Counted from the stretch's first letter, positions 54,184-64,000 are shown. The stretch: DNA of 64,000 bases from Nannocystales bacterium (GCA_050633305.1 JBOEGF010000013.1:192001-256000), one strand, 5' to 3'. A program made the numbers and translations. The notes: a model not told the origin generated them from the sequence alone.

Positions 54184-55251
54184 ATGCCCACGCTCAGAAT
54201 CGCGATCGTCAAGGAAGACAAGAGCCGCCCCTACTCCTGGCGAGAGAAGATCGACGCACTACGACGTCCTCTCGACCATCTCAGCTCGGCGGACGTCGGC
54301 CTGCTGGTCGCGCCTGAGTACTTCTTCCGATACAGCTGGAGCACGGCGGCCGTCTCGCACTTCATGTCGGAGGCTGACAAGCGGGCAATTCAAGGAGACC
54401 TCGAGGCACTCTCCAAGCGATACCCCAACGCCATTCTGATCCCCGGAACGACGGCTTGGCGACAGCCCGCCGCCGAGCGGAGTGGCCTGCTCGGAGCGGT
54501 CCAATCACAGGGTCCGGGCTACTTTCACGGTTCCGTCGGAGTCTCGCAGGAGGAGAAGTTCAACCGGGTCGTCGCGACGAATACTGGCGGTGCTGGAAGT
54601 GGAGGGGCGTTGAGGGAGGTCCGCTACAACTCGGCCTACGTCTATTCGGATGGTCGCCGGGGTGCGGTCGACAAGAGAGGAGACTACAAGGAGTCCCGAT
54701 CGTCGTCGGTGCTCGTCCACGACCACGACAACCCTATCCTCGACATCAACGTGCGCGGGCGCACCATTCGGCTCGGACTCGAGGTCTGCCTCGACCATGC
54801 GATGGGCAAGCTCGCCAACCACGTGGACAGGTACCCAGGGCTTGCCCCGGATGTGCACATCATCCTGTCGGACTTCGCAACGAACCAGCGGCAGTTCTTC
54901 CGCACCAAACCAGGGGGCATCGTCGTCCATGCCTCCACGGCGGCCCGTGCAGTCTCCCCCAGCCATCGCTACACCGAGGTGGCTCTGAACGGGGTGCCCA
55001 CTGGCTACTGGGACTCGAAGTACGGGGCGTGGGTCGCGAACCCGGCATCACGGCGACTCTCACCGAACCCCTCAGGACCGGTGACACATATGCCCGTCCC
55101 AGGGACGACGATGGTGAGTTCGAGCCGACCTGCGAATCGCGACTCACGCGTCACGAACGTGTTCCAAAAGGCGGGAGGCGGCTGGAGGAGCCTCAAGGTG
55201 AGCCACGCGCCAGGGCACTACTTCACCGTGATCAACGCCCTACTCGCTTGA
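54184..55251 (+). CDS. Carbon-nitrogen hydrolase (nitrilase) fold protein, divergent
   Basis: LLVAPEYFF (Glu), YNSAYV..DK (Lys), LEVCLDH (Cys); GGAGGAG upstream. Confidence 0.65.
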   Translation: MPTLRIAIVKEDKSRPYSWREKIDALRRPLDHLSSADVGLLVAPEYFFRYSWSTAAVSHFMSEADKRAIQGDLEALSKRYPNAILIPGTTAWRQPAAERSGLLGAVQSQGPGYFHGSVGVSQEEKFNRVVATNTGGAGSGGALREVRYNSAYVYSDGRRGAVDKRGDYKESRSSSVLVHDHDNPILDINVRGRTIRLGLEVCLDHAMGKLANHVDRYPGLAPDVHIILSDFATNQRQFFRTKPGGIVVHASTAARAVSPSHRYTEVALNGVPTGYWDSKYGAWVANPASRRLSPNPSGPVTHMPVPGTTMVSSSRPANRDSRVTNVFQKAGGGWRSLKVSHAPGHYFTVINALLA

Positions 55252-55439
55252 GCTCGGAGTCGCCCCTCCCATCGATCGTCGCTCAATCGCGCAACGGCTG
55301 ATCCGGACCCGTCGACGGACCCCGCGGCCGACCTACTGTGCGGTGCTGCGCGACCCGACACTGCTGCGCGACCGCAGCTGCCCGGGCTCGCCGGCTGCAC
55401 TTGTGCTCGCCGGAGCGGGGCAACGACTCGCGCTCGCGG

Positions 55440-55765
55440 TGGACGATCGAGACTCCGACTTCGACCGGCTCAACAACCCCGCAGACACCTGCGACACAAG
55501 CGGATGGAGATGGCGATGGGACCGGCGAAGCGTGCGAGGTCGGGAGCGACTGCTGCGACACCGCGACCACTTCCAGCTGTGGTGATGCATCGGTCAGCAG
55601 GTGGGTGTGTGCGGTGGACCCGTATTGCGGCCAAGACCAGTGGGACGCCCAGAGCGTCTCCGAGGTGACGAGCCTGGGCTGTGGCACCTGCGGTTCGGGT
55701 AGCTGCTGCACTGCCAACGGAACACCCGCCTGTGACGACGCCGGCGTGACGGCCTGTGACTGCTC
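55440..55765 (+). pseudogene. Degenerate Cys-rich repeat gene remnant
   Basis: QADGDGDGTGEAC, CAVDPYC..WD, CCTANGTPAC without a clean start or end. Confidence 0.45.
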
Positions 55766-55861
55766 TCGGCCGCCCTCGTTCTCCCGCCGCCGCGACCCGA
55801 TCTGGCCGTCGCCCCGTCGGTTTCTGCTGACGCTGCCGGGGATTCGTGTCAGCTTGAAGGC

Positions 55862-56752
55862 ATGAGGCTACGAATCGTGACACTCGTAGTCTCGGTCGTC
55901 GCCTGGATCGGCTGCCTACGGACCAGTTACGCTAGCGAGCCGTCGACGGCCGAGAACCCGCCCCCGTTCGAGCGCGAGCCGGCGAGCCGGTCGCCTTCGA
56001 GCGCCGGCGAGTCGGGTACCGTCGCACGGACCCTCCCCAATACCGCGCCCTTTGGGCCGTCCCGACGAGGCGAATGGCGCATCGACGCCAACGTGCCGCA
56101 AGCGCCACCGGCCACGGAGCACATCTACGGTGGCGATGAGCCGACGCCTGCACCCACGACCCCGTATCGTCGGTACGCGGCACACCCCTACGACAATGGG
56201 AGCAAGGGCTATGTGTTGCGCGGATCGGCGGGTGCGAACGAACGCCTGCCCGGACGCCTGTACACCGGGCAGCTCGCGGTCGAGGGTGGGCAGTCCGGAC
56301 CAGCGCAAGCCCGGACCACGCTGGCCTTACGGTTCGGGTTTTGGCGGCTGGGGTTCGACGCAAACGTTGACTCGCACTTCACCGGTTCGGGCACCCAGCA
56401 AAGGCCCCTGCGCACCGCGCTCGTGACGGGAAGCACCAACGCTGTGCTTGCGCCGGTGCTTCAGCCAAAGCTGATGTGGTGGATTGGCGGAGGCCTCAAC
56501 TACGCAGCCTTGTCACCGGGGGTGCGCGTGGGGCCCAACCTCACTTCGACGATCAACGCATTTCCCCGGCGGCCGCTGGTGATGTCGGCGCGCGCTGATC
56601 TCGGGGTCATCGACGGCAAGCCCGTGGTTGCCGGGCGCGGGAGCATCGGCTTCGTGCTGAAGAACTTCGAACTCTACGCGGGCTACGAAGCGAGGCGACT
56701 CGGCGACCTCCTGTTGCAGGGGCCGATGGTGGGGGCACGGGCATGGTTCTGA
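55862..56752 (+). CDS. Putative outer-membrane beta-barrel protein
   Basis: Signal peptide, Pro-rich region, amphipathic strands, terminal GARAWF. Confidence 0.72.
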   Translation: MRLRIVTLVVSVVAWIGCLRTSYASEPSTAENPPPFEREPASRSPSSAGESGTVARTLPNTAPFGPSRRGEWRIDANVPQAPPATEHIYGGDEPTPAPTTPYRRYAAHPYDNGSKGYVLRGSAGANERLPGRLYTGQLAVEGGQSGPAQARTTLALRFGFWRLGFDANVDSHFTGSGTQQRPLRTALVTGSTNAVLAPVLQPKLMWWIGGGLNYAALSPGVRVGPNLTSTINAFPRRPLVMSARADLGVIDGKPVVAGRGSIGFVLKNFELYAGYEARRLGDLLLQGPMVGARAWF

Positions 56753-57498
56753 CCGGCCGGCTGCTGGCGTCGTTCCTGCTGGCGACGTCCGCGTGGATGA
56801 TGGCGTGCCGAGTCGCGAAGCCAAACCAGCGCGGAGCCTCCAACCCCGGCACCGAGTTCCTGGCGGCCGCGTATCGGGAGTTCCATGCGCCCTGTCAGGA
56901 CGGATCGGTCGAGGCGTGCGTCAATCTCGGGCGCGCCGGACTCGAGTACGGAGGCCTCAGTGCCGGCGTGCCGTGGTTGATCGAAGCGTGTGATCTCGAA
57001 CCCCAGGCGTGTGTCGCCTTGGGCGATGCCGTCATCGGACGACGGGCCAACGCCTCCGACCCTGACCTGGCCGCACTCGCCTACCGGCGAGCCTGTGAAG
57101 CCAACCACGACGGCGCTTGTTACGAACTCGCGGTGCTCTACTATCTCGGCCTGGGCGTCGAGGTCGACGACCCACTCTCTGCCCGCCTGCACCACGCCGC
57201 CTGTGACGGCGGTATCCCCGAGGGGTGTGCCTACCTCGTGTTCCTCTACGATCGGGGGTTCGGCGTCCAGACCAGCACCGTCGCCTCGGCGTACTACCGC
57301 GAGGTCGCATGCGATCGCGGCTACGAAGACATGTGCCAGGGCCGCGAGGGCAGCAGCACCTTGGCCGAGGCCGCCGCCCCTGCACCCGAGCCCGAGCCCG
57401 AGCCCACCGCTCCTGTCGTCGCCGAGCCCCCACGAACACAGCCGCCCCGCACGATCCGGCTCAAGCCGACCACCGCACCACCACCGTCGGCGGACTAA
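56743..57498 (+). CDS. Sel1-like repeat lipoprotein
   Basis: ACVNLG, ACVALG, ACYELAVLYYLGLGV, GCAYL..GFGV repeats. Confidence 0.8.
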   Translation: MVLTGRLLASFLLATSAWMMACRVAKPNQRGASNPGTEFLAAAYREFHAPCQDGSVEACVNLGRAGLEYGGLSAGVPWLIEACDLEPQACVALGDAVIGRRANASDPDLAALAYRRACEANHDGACYELAVLYYLGLGVEVDDPLSARLHHAACDGGIPEGCAYLVFLYDRGFGVQTSTVASAYYREVACDRGYEDMCQGREGSSTLAEAAAPAPEPEPEPTAPVVAEPPRTQPPRTIRLKPTTAPPPSAD

Positions 57499-57610
57499 CC
57501 CCGACACGCTGGCCGTCGATACCTACGATCAGCTCCAGGCGCCATACACCGACTCCGACATGACCGGCTGGGCTCTGCAGAACACCAGCTGCGTGCGGCC
57601 TCAAGGTTGA
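57497..57610 (+). pseudogene. C-terminal remnant of a myxobacterial lipoprotein family (PYTYSDMTG-type)
   Basis: APYTDSDMTGWALQNTSC..PQG* with no start. Confidence 0.5.
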
Positions 57611-57678
57611 GTCAGGGCGCCGAGCGCGGAACGACACAGCTCGAGGCTCAAGTTCCGCGGCGATACGCCGTTGTCTGA

Positions 57679-59379
57679 GTGATGCCCGAGCAAGGCGACG
57701 ACCAGCGCGTTATCGCGCAACTCCGCGCCGAGCTGGAGTATTATCGCGACAAGGCCATCAAGCTCGACGAGCGTGTGTTCCAAATGCGGGCACTTCTGCA
57801 GTCGGGCAAGGGCTTCTCCGAGATCCTCAATCTCGACGCATTGATGCAGGCCTTCATGGCGGTTTGCCGGGAGCGATACGGTGTCCGGAGCTCGGCCGTC
57901 TTGCTCGTCGACGACCTTGACGCGGACAACGTGTTCTTGCGAACGCGTGCCTACCACGGGCTTCCGGACACGTTCACTGGCCACGACGGTGAGTGCGAGG
58001 AGCTGCTCTTGTACCGGATCCCCCAAGATGACGGTTTGTTGTGGCAGATGATCAAACAGGGGGAGGCGTTCAGCGTTCGCGACCTCGACGGCCAGCCCAG
58101 GTACACCACGGCGAACGAGCGCTGGAACCTCGAAGTGTTTCAGTCGAGCGTCTGGCTCCCGTTGCTGAGAGGCGGTCGGGTGCTCGGGATTCTGACGCTG
58201 GGTGAGTGCGAAGATGGCTCCCAGATCAACGAGTGGGACTACCACTTCCTGGACGAGATCGCGGCCGTTGCTGCGACCAATATCGACTCCACTCTCAAAT
58301 ACGAGAAGAACGAACGCATCCTCAACAACCTACGCACCCTGTACGACGTCAACCAACAGCTGGCGAACGTCAACGACTTCAAGCTGCTCACGATCGAGAC
58401 GCTGCGGACTGCCGTCGAAGCGCTCCATGCTCAAAAGGCAAACTTGATGCTCTACGACACCGACCGCAAACTGCTGGAGATCAAGGTCGTGTGGGGAAGC
58501 ATTCCCAAGCAAACGCGCGATGCGATCAACGACGGACGTCTGAGCACCAAGAGTTTTGCCCTTGGGGAGGGCGTCGCGGGCCTCGCCGCCGAAACCCGCA
58601 AGCCGGTCCGTCGCAACGACCGCCAGAATATCGAGCAGCTTGGTCGCAACACCGTGCACTGCATCATGAGCGTTCCGCTGCTGTACGGCGGAAAAGTCAT
58701 GGGTGTGATGACGCTGACCAACCGCACCAAGACCGACAAGGACGGGACCGAGGTCCTCAACCCCATGGGCAGGTTCGACGCCGAGGACCAGCAGCTCCTG
58801 CTGGGGCTCGCCGACCAGGCGGCGGTCAACCTGCACAAGGCGCGTCTGTACGACGCATCGATTACCGATCGCCTGACCGGGCTGTACAACGCACGGCATT
58901 TCGAACAACAGATAGGCGACGGCATCGAGACCGCGGCCGATTCCGACGAACCGCTGTGCCTGGCCATCATGGACATCGACCACTTCAAGCGGTTCAACGA
59001 CACGCATGGACACACGGCCGGGGATTTCGTGCTCGCGGAGACGGCGGCTCTCTTCAATGCAACGCGGCGCGAAGGAGGCAAAGACGCATGTTTCCGCTAC
59101 GGCGGAGAAGAGTTCTGCATGGTCCTCCCCAACACGACACTCGCCGAAGCACTCGAGATGCTGGAGGCCTTTCGCGAAGACGTGGCCAGGGCAACGTTCA
59201 ACTTCGCAGGCGAAGACCTACAGGTGACCGTCTCGGTGGGCGTTGCTTGCTTCCCCGACGACGGAACCACCGGCCCCCTGCTGTTCAAGCAAGCCGACAA
59301 GGCACTCTTCGCGGCCAAGGAAGCGGGCCGCAACCGAGTCATGCACCTCCAGGCGAAGCGCTGCGTGGCCGTCGTGTGA
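57679..59379 (+). CDS. GAF-GAF-GGDEF diguanylate cyclase
   Basis: Two GAF-like regions; TDRLTGLYN, DIDHFKRFNDTHGHTAGD, RYGGEEF, ADKALFAAKEAGRN. Confidence 0.93.
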   Translation: MMPEQGDDQRVIAQLRAELEYYRDKAIKLDERVFQMRALLQSGKGFSEILNLDALMQAFMAVCRERYGVRSSAVLLVDDLDADNVFLRTRAYHGLPDTFTGHDGECEELLLYRIPQDDGLLWQMIKQGEAFSVRDLDGQPRYTTANERWNLEVFQSSVWLPLLRGGRVLGILTLGECEDGSQINEWDYHFLDEIAAVAATNIDSTLKYEKNERILNNLRTLYDVNQQLANVNDFKLLTIETLRTAVEALHAQKANLMLYDTDRKLLEIKVVWGSIPKQTRDAINDGRLSTKSFALGEGVAGLAAETRKPVRRNDRQNIEQLGRNTVHCIMSVPLLYGGKVMGVMTLTNRTKTDKDGTEVLNPMGRFDAEDQQLLLGLADQAAVNLHKARLYDASITDRLTGLYNARHFEQQIGDGIETAADSDEPLCLAIMDIDHFKRFNDTHGHTAGDFVLAETAALFNATRREGGKDACFRYGGEEFCMVLPNTTLAEALEMLEAFREDVARATFNFAGEDLQVTVSVGVACFPDDGTTGPLLFKQADKALFAAKEAGRNRVMHLQAKRCVAVV

Positions 59380-59629
59380 TCCGGGCGCGCCCCTCGAGCG
59401 ATCGGCGCTGACGACTGTCCTCCTGCGAGGGCCGGGTCGCGTTCTCAAAGCGGACCTCGTCGGATCACAGCCAGACAGCCATTCTCCAACACGAGCGTCT
59501 CGTCGTAGGTGAATGCGCCATCCCCTGGCTCGAGCCCCCGCGTGGCGAGGTACTCGATCGCTCGGTGCGATCCCAGGACGGTGGCGGAGGAGACGGACTC
59601 GTGCTCGACCGCAAGAGCGGTTTGCCTCT

Positions 59630-60040
59630 CTAAAGCCCTGTCTTGGCCCGGTATCGCTCAACCCACGAAAAGTCTCCGAGCAGAACATGCTCGAGCCGAG
59701 CCAGCACGGTCGTGCAGATGTCATGCACACCATGCCGGGCTTTGTCGACCGACCCCACGGGCGACTCGTCTCGAAACAGTTTTCGGGCGCCTTGGGCGTC
59801 GGACCCAGGTGGTGCAACCATCATGGCATGCGCGAGGCCGAGACTCATCTTCACCCCGGTGTTCTCAGGCAGGAACTCGAGCCGAACGTCGCCCTCCGGG
59901 CCTTCGGCGAAATACAACGTACACAACGGGAACTTCAGCATCATCCCGTCGGGCAGGTCGCTCTCGACGGTGTACGTCGCCGGCCACTGGAAGGTGTCCA
60001 CAACTTCTCGGAACGCTGTCTCGGAAAGATAGGTCTTCAT
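59630..60040 (-). CDS. Putative immunity protein
   Basis: 136-aa cytoplasmic ORF 16 bp downstream of the toxin-like gene. Confidence 0.6.
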   Translation of the reverse strand: MKTYLSETAFREVVDTFQWPATYTVESDLPDGMMLKFPLCTLYFAEGPEGDVRLEFLPENTGVKMSLGLAHAMMVAPPGSDAQGARKLFRDESPVGSVDKARHGVHDICTTVLARLEHVLLGDFSWVERYRAKTGL

Positions 60041-60056
60041 ACGAGCGTGTCTTTCA

Positions 60057-61817
60057 TTACCGTCTCACGGCGACCCCATCTGTGCCGATTCTATAGCCGT
60101 TTTGCTGAAGAAACTGAACCTCGCGGCCGAAGATCGAGCGCACCCTTTGTCCTCCGTTGAGGACGAATTCACCGGTTCGGGTGGTGACATAGATCGCGAC
60201 ATCATCGGCCGGATTGGACACGAGCCGGATCGCATCTCCCCTGCGAATCGCCTCTTGGAGCCACGGTCTGTTGACAGTCGTGAAGAACTCGTCGGTCACG
60301 CGCCTCCAGAACTGCGCTTCGTCGACCTGGCGCAACGCGTGATGCGTTTGCTGAAGTTGCTGCCACCGAGGTGACCTCAAGATGTTGATGCCGCCAGGGT
60401 TGTCGCCCATGAGGGTGATGCCGTTGATGTCGCCATCGGGGGTCAGTCCACGGCGGGCGACGGTGTTGGTGTCGTCCAGTGTGCCGACGATCGTTGTCGT
60501 CTTGGTTCGAGAGAGCCGAATGGTGTTGCCTCCGAACAGGGCGCCCCGGCGAGAGACGATCGTCAGGTGCTGACCGCGTACGAATCGTCCAAACAGGCTG
60601 TCACCAGGACTGCGGAGTTCCGCCTCGGCGCCGACTCCGGTCCGAGGAGCGTCGGGCCCGTCGCCGCCGTTGGCCGCCCGTAGTTCGTCATTCAGATCTG
60701 CGTGCGCGGGGGATCGCGACGGCTGGCTTCGCGGACGCCGGAGCGACTCTCGTAAGGTGTCGCGGGCGCGCCTGCCGGCCGCACCGAGGCGTCGTGCGCT
60801 GACCTGGGCTGCGTCCATCGCCCGACTCAGGACCCTCACCGAACGTGCCCAGCGGATGATCATCCCAATGCGGCCCGTGAGTGCGAGCGCGGCCGCCCCG
60901 AGCGTGAAGATGGTGAGCAGAACCGTGGCGATGAGGTAGCCGACGACCCAACCCCGAAAGTGTCCGCGGCGCAGCGCGGAGTCATGGTTCCACTTGGCGA
61001 CGAACTCCTCGAACAGCCCCGTGGCGGCCTGCTGAATCGCGCTGAGCGAGAGCGAATCCCACAGCGCTCTCGCCCTGGTGAGTAGCTCTCCCGCGATGAG
61101 GACCTTGATGAAGTCCCAGACCATACCGACCAGATCGAAGATCCCGACGATCATGTCCCAGACGCACTCCAGCGCTCCGTGGATCAGTCCCCCGATGAAC
61201 CCAGCACTGAACTTGACCCACTCCCAGGCTTCGCTGGCGGTCCGCACGACGGCATTCCACAGGTCTCTGCGGAACGAACCGGCAGAGACTTGCCCCTCGA
61301 GCGTGTTGGCAAACTCGACGCTCGGCACCCAAATGAGGTAGTTCGCCCGGGTCTGCGTGGAGTCCCAGGGTCCATCGAGCCTTGCACGGTAGACACCCCT
61401 TGCCTCTCCCGCGTCACTCCAGTTCGCGTGGACCAACACGTTCACGTAGAAGCGCTCATCACGACCTCTCTCGACCCCCTCGCTGAAGTGCTGACGGGCG
61501 ATCTGTTGGGCGGTCTCGCCGGGGCGCACGTAGTGCAGGACTGCATTGGGCTCCGGCGCTCCGACGGAGACTTTGGACTGGTCGACGTAACCCACGGCTC
61601 CGTCATCGGTCGACACCATCAGCCAGCCGGCCGGGCTCCTCAGCCGCAAGATGACAAAAACGCGATCGTTGAAGCGTAGGTTGGCGACGGTCCTCGAGCC
61701 ACTCCCTGGCAGCTCAAACACCGAGACCGCCCCCGACAGCTGCCGAATTCGTCCAAACTCTTCGACCTCGTCGCCGTTGATACTTGGGAGGTCTGGTACC
61801 TGGATGGCGCGACTCAT
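60057..61817 (-). CDS. SH3-LysM-hydrophobic region polymorphic toxin with unassigned C-terminal domain
   Basis: GWLMVSTDDGAVGYV (SH3), HYVRPGETAQQIA..LIWVP (LysM), Gly-rich hydrophobic helices, linker, then NRPWLQEAIRRGD...FGREVQFLQQNGY; GGAGG RBS. Confidence 0.68.
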   Translation of the reverse strand: MSRAIQVPDLPSINGDEVEEFGRIRQLSGAVSVFELPGSGSRTVANLRFNDRVFVILRLRSPAGWLMVSTDDGAVGYVDQSKVSVGAPEPNAVLHYVRPGETAQQIARQHFSEGVERGRDERFYVNVLVHANWSDAGEARGVYRARLDGPWDSTQTRANYLIWVPSVEFANTLEGQVSAGSFRRDLWNAVVRTASEAWEWVKFSAGFIGGLIHGALECVWDMIVGIFDLVGMVWDFIKVLIAGELLTRARALWDSLSLSAIQQAATGLFEEFVAKWNHDSALRRGHFRGWVVGYLIATVLLTIFTLGAAALALTGRIGMIIRWARSVRVLSRAMDAAQVSARRLGAAGRRARDTLRESLRRPRSQPSRSPAHADLNDELRAANGGDGPDAPRTGVGAEAELRSPGDSLFGRFVRGQHLTIVSRRGALFGGNTIRLSRTKTTTIVGTLDDTNTVARRGLTPDGDINGITLMGDNPGGINILRSPRWQQLQQTHHALRQVDEAQFWRRVTDEFFTTVNRPWLQEAIRRGDAIRLVSNPADDVAIYVTTRTGEFVLNGGQRVRSIFGREVQFLQQNGYRIGTDGVAVRR

Positions 61818-62029
61818 GTGCTCAACCTCCCCACCCGACGAGCATAACCGCCCTCGCAAGAGGGGCAACTGAACTCGCGGGAACAATCTCGCTGGCCACA
61901 GCCCGATGTGCGCACGAGGACCGTCCGGAGGATGCGCGATCGCCACCGACCAGGATGGCGGACCGGGGTCGACACTCCCGCCAAACCAGGCGGTCAGAAA
62001 AGACCGGTCGTGCCCCCTACAATACAAGG

Positions 62030-62431
62030 ATGCGGCTGTACGTCTTTGGCAACGGCAACCTCTCCTTCGAAGCGTTCTGTGAGCGCTATGTTCCGGCTCT
62101 CGAACAAGCGTTGAGCGCTGAGGCAGGCTTCGTCGTATGTGACTTCCGCGGGGCGGATACGCTGACGTTGGAGTGGCTCAAGACGCGAACGGCGGATGTC
62201 GAGGTCCTGCACGTGGGTGAACGCCCGCGCTATCTGCCCGACCGCTACCGAACACGGGTGAGCAACTGGACGATCACCGGCGGGTTCGCGTCCGACCATG
62301 AGCGAGACGAAGCCGCCCTCCAACAATGTACCCATGTTTTAGGCCACGATTTTAACAGCAAACCCGAGCGCATCAGTGGAACCGCCAAACTCCTTGCGAG
62401 AGCAGACGAGCTCGGCCGCTCGCGATGTTGA
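62030..62431 (+). CDS. Small SLOG/YspA-like Rossmann-fold protein
   Basis: MRLYVFG, FVVCDFRGADTL, ERD, SGT pattern. Confidence 0.55.
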   Translation: MRLYVFGNGNLSFEAFCERYVPALEQALSAEAGFVVCDFRGADTLTLEWLKTRTADVEVLHVGERPRYLPDRYRTRVSNWTITGGFASDHERDEAALQQCTHVLGHDFNSKPERISGTAKLLARADELGRSRC

Positions 62432-62560
62432 CCCCTCCAAGCCAGTGGGCCGCGCCGATCCAAGGCGCAAGGCCCCGGGCCTCGCTGCTGTCGTACAGGT
62501 ACAGCTGGAAGAAGCGGGCGAGCACCTCCTTGTCGGCCAGGCCGACCCTCGCGATCGTCA
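62425..62560 (-). pseudogene. 5' fragment of a GNAT acetyltransferase
   Basis: DKEVLARFFQLYLYDSSE resembles a common GNAT N-terminus, then breaks off. Confidence 0.5.
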
Positions 62561-63560
62561 CCGCACCCGTCACGCGTCGGCGAAGCCCGAGGAGCCCGAA
62601 GGCGAGCAGCGCCTGCCATCCGCCCCCGCTGCTTGAATGACAGCCACAGCCCTCGCCGTTGCTGTCCGCACCAGGGGCATCCTCAGAGACGCCCGAGCTT
62701 CCCTCGTCTTCGGGGTCGGGCCTGGGCTCCGGGCCCCCTGTGTCATCGGAAGCCGTACCGCCGCTCAACAGACCGCCGCTGGACGTGTCCCCCTCGCCAT
62801 CGTCGTCGTCTGGCGCGGGACCGCAGCTGGACGTGTCCATCGTGCCACCTTCAGCTCCTCCGGTCGAAGTCGTCTCGCCGGGCTCCGCACTGAAGGGCGT
62901 GCCGCAGGTCGCGCTCGGACCATTGGCCCAGGACTCGGAGGTCTGTGACCCGTCATGCGGGGCCAACGGAGACGCGCGGCAGCGCTCGTCGGGATTCCAT
63001 GTGCCGTCGGCATCGTGGCAGGGCGAGATGTCGAAACCAGCTCCGCCTTCGATCCACGGCATCACGTGCGCGAAGGTGGAGTAGAGCGCTCCGTAGCCGC
63101 AGTCGTTCTGCTGGTCGGAGGGGAAATCGGGGTGCAGTCGGAGCCCGCTCCGAGCACCCGCCAGCTCCCATCCTCGAGCTGAATGACCGCCGGACCCCCA
63201 CTGTCTCCGGGGCAGGCGCTGGATCCACCGCCGAGCAAGAAGAGGGTCTCGAGAAACACCTGCTCCAGCGTCTGGATGGTGAGCCGCTTGGTGCCGACGC
63301 CCTCGACGTCCTCCCAACCGAACTCGCCGAGGTTGGCTTGCGTGGCGCCATAGCCGACGATCGTCACCTCGGCGCCAGGCTGCAGCGCGTCGACTTCGCA
63401 GCCCATCAGCGGCGGCACGATCGGAACGTCGACGTTTTGCGAGAGCACGCAGTAGGCGACGTCGTAGCCCTCGGTTCCGTCTTCGCCGTCATAGGTGGGA
63501 GGTGTGTCGCAGAACTGAACGCCGACCGTTCCATCGGGGGAGGTTCCGAGGTTGGCTTGA
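62561..63560 (-). pseudogene. Trypsin-like serine protease with MYXO-CTERM, 5'-truncated and frameshifted
   Basis: YDVAYC, VGYG, ACPGDSGGP, frameshift near 63140, PCHDADGTW, GCGC..GLLGLRRR; no signal peptide or catalytic His segment. Confidence 0.75.
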
Positions 63561-63584
63561 CGATCGGTTCTTTGGCTCGCCCGG

Positions 63585-64000
63585 TCAGCGCCAGGCCCCG
63601 ACGCGGCGGAACGTCGACGGGCTCATTCCCGTGTGGGCCCGAAACACCCTCGAGAAATGACTCGGACTGGAAAACCCGAGCTCCAGCCCCAGGCGGCCCA
63701 CCGGGGTCTCGGTCACCTGCAGCTGGATCTTGGCGGAGGCGACCCGTTCTTGCTGAAGTAAGGCGAATGCTGTCAATCCATAGCGGTCGCGCAGTGCTGC
63801 GTTGAGCGCTCGCGGGGTCGAGCCGACCGCGTGTGCGAGGCCGCCGAGGGACGGTGGGGAGTCGAGTTGTGCGCACAGGCGGTCCCTTGCGCGCAGCGCG
63901 ACGTCGTCCGGCGCCGGGTCGGAGTCCTCGAGCTGGGCGAGCAGTTGCATCGCGTACGCCTCCCGCCGCAGCGAGCGCTGGGGAAGGGCAGGGTCCAGCA
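63585..64000 (-). CDS. AraC-family regulator, C-terminal part (starts beyond the window)
   Basis: PPSLGGLAHAVG...LGFSSPSHFSRVFRAHTGMSPSTFR. Confidence 0.88.
   Translation of the reverse strand, partial: LDPALPQRSLRREAYAMQLLAQLEDSDPAPDDVALRARDRLCAQLDSPPSLGGLAHAVGSTPRALNAALRDRYGLTAFALLQQERVASAKIQLQVTETPVGRLGLELGFSSPSHFSRVFRAHTGMSPSTFRRVGAWR

Noticed and set aside
57679..59379. Hypr GGDEF (3',3'-cGAMP synthase)
   Set aside because: Has Asp, not Ser, at the specificity position (GHTAGD).

Overview
High-GC bacterial DNA. The gene content points to Myxococcota, probably a Nannocystaceae-like organism (inference): TPR-fused Ser/Thr kinase, many Cys-rich lipoproteins, ECF sigma cassettes, a MYXO-CTERM tail and a non-canonical Hsp70/J pair. 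The left part (1-12.5 kb) is ordinary chromosome: FG-GAP lipoprotein, Hsp70 + J protein, CorA-like, SEC-C, kinase, Lhr helicase. About 12.45-23.4 kb is an island bounded by a ~100 bp duplication of the 3' end of an AraC gene. It holds a MITE-like element, three broken IS91/ISCR-type transposase copies, an orphan Ntox28 toxin tip with a HEAT-repeat immunity gene lying inside one IS end, and several short gene fragments (plsX, GH15, FG-GAP, alpha/beta hydrolase). The rest has two paralogous barrel/ECF/anti-sigma/lipoprotein cassettes, tRNA-Asp, a cytochrome c + VioB-like/jacalin operon, a giant ECF-fusion, secreted proteases, a nitrilase-fold protein, a GAF-GAF-GGDEF cyclase and an SH3-LysM polymorphic toxin with an unassigned tip plus a candidate immunity gene. 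All calls come from motifs read by eye; no searches were run.
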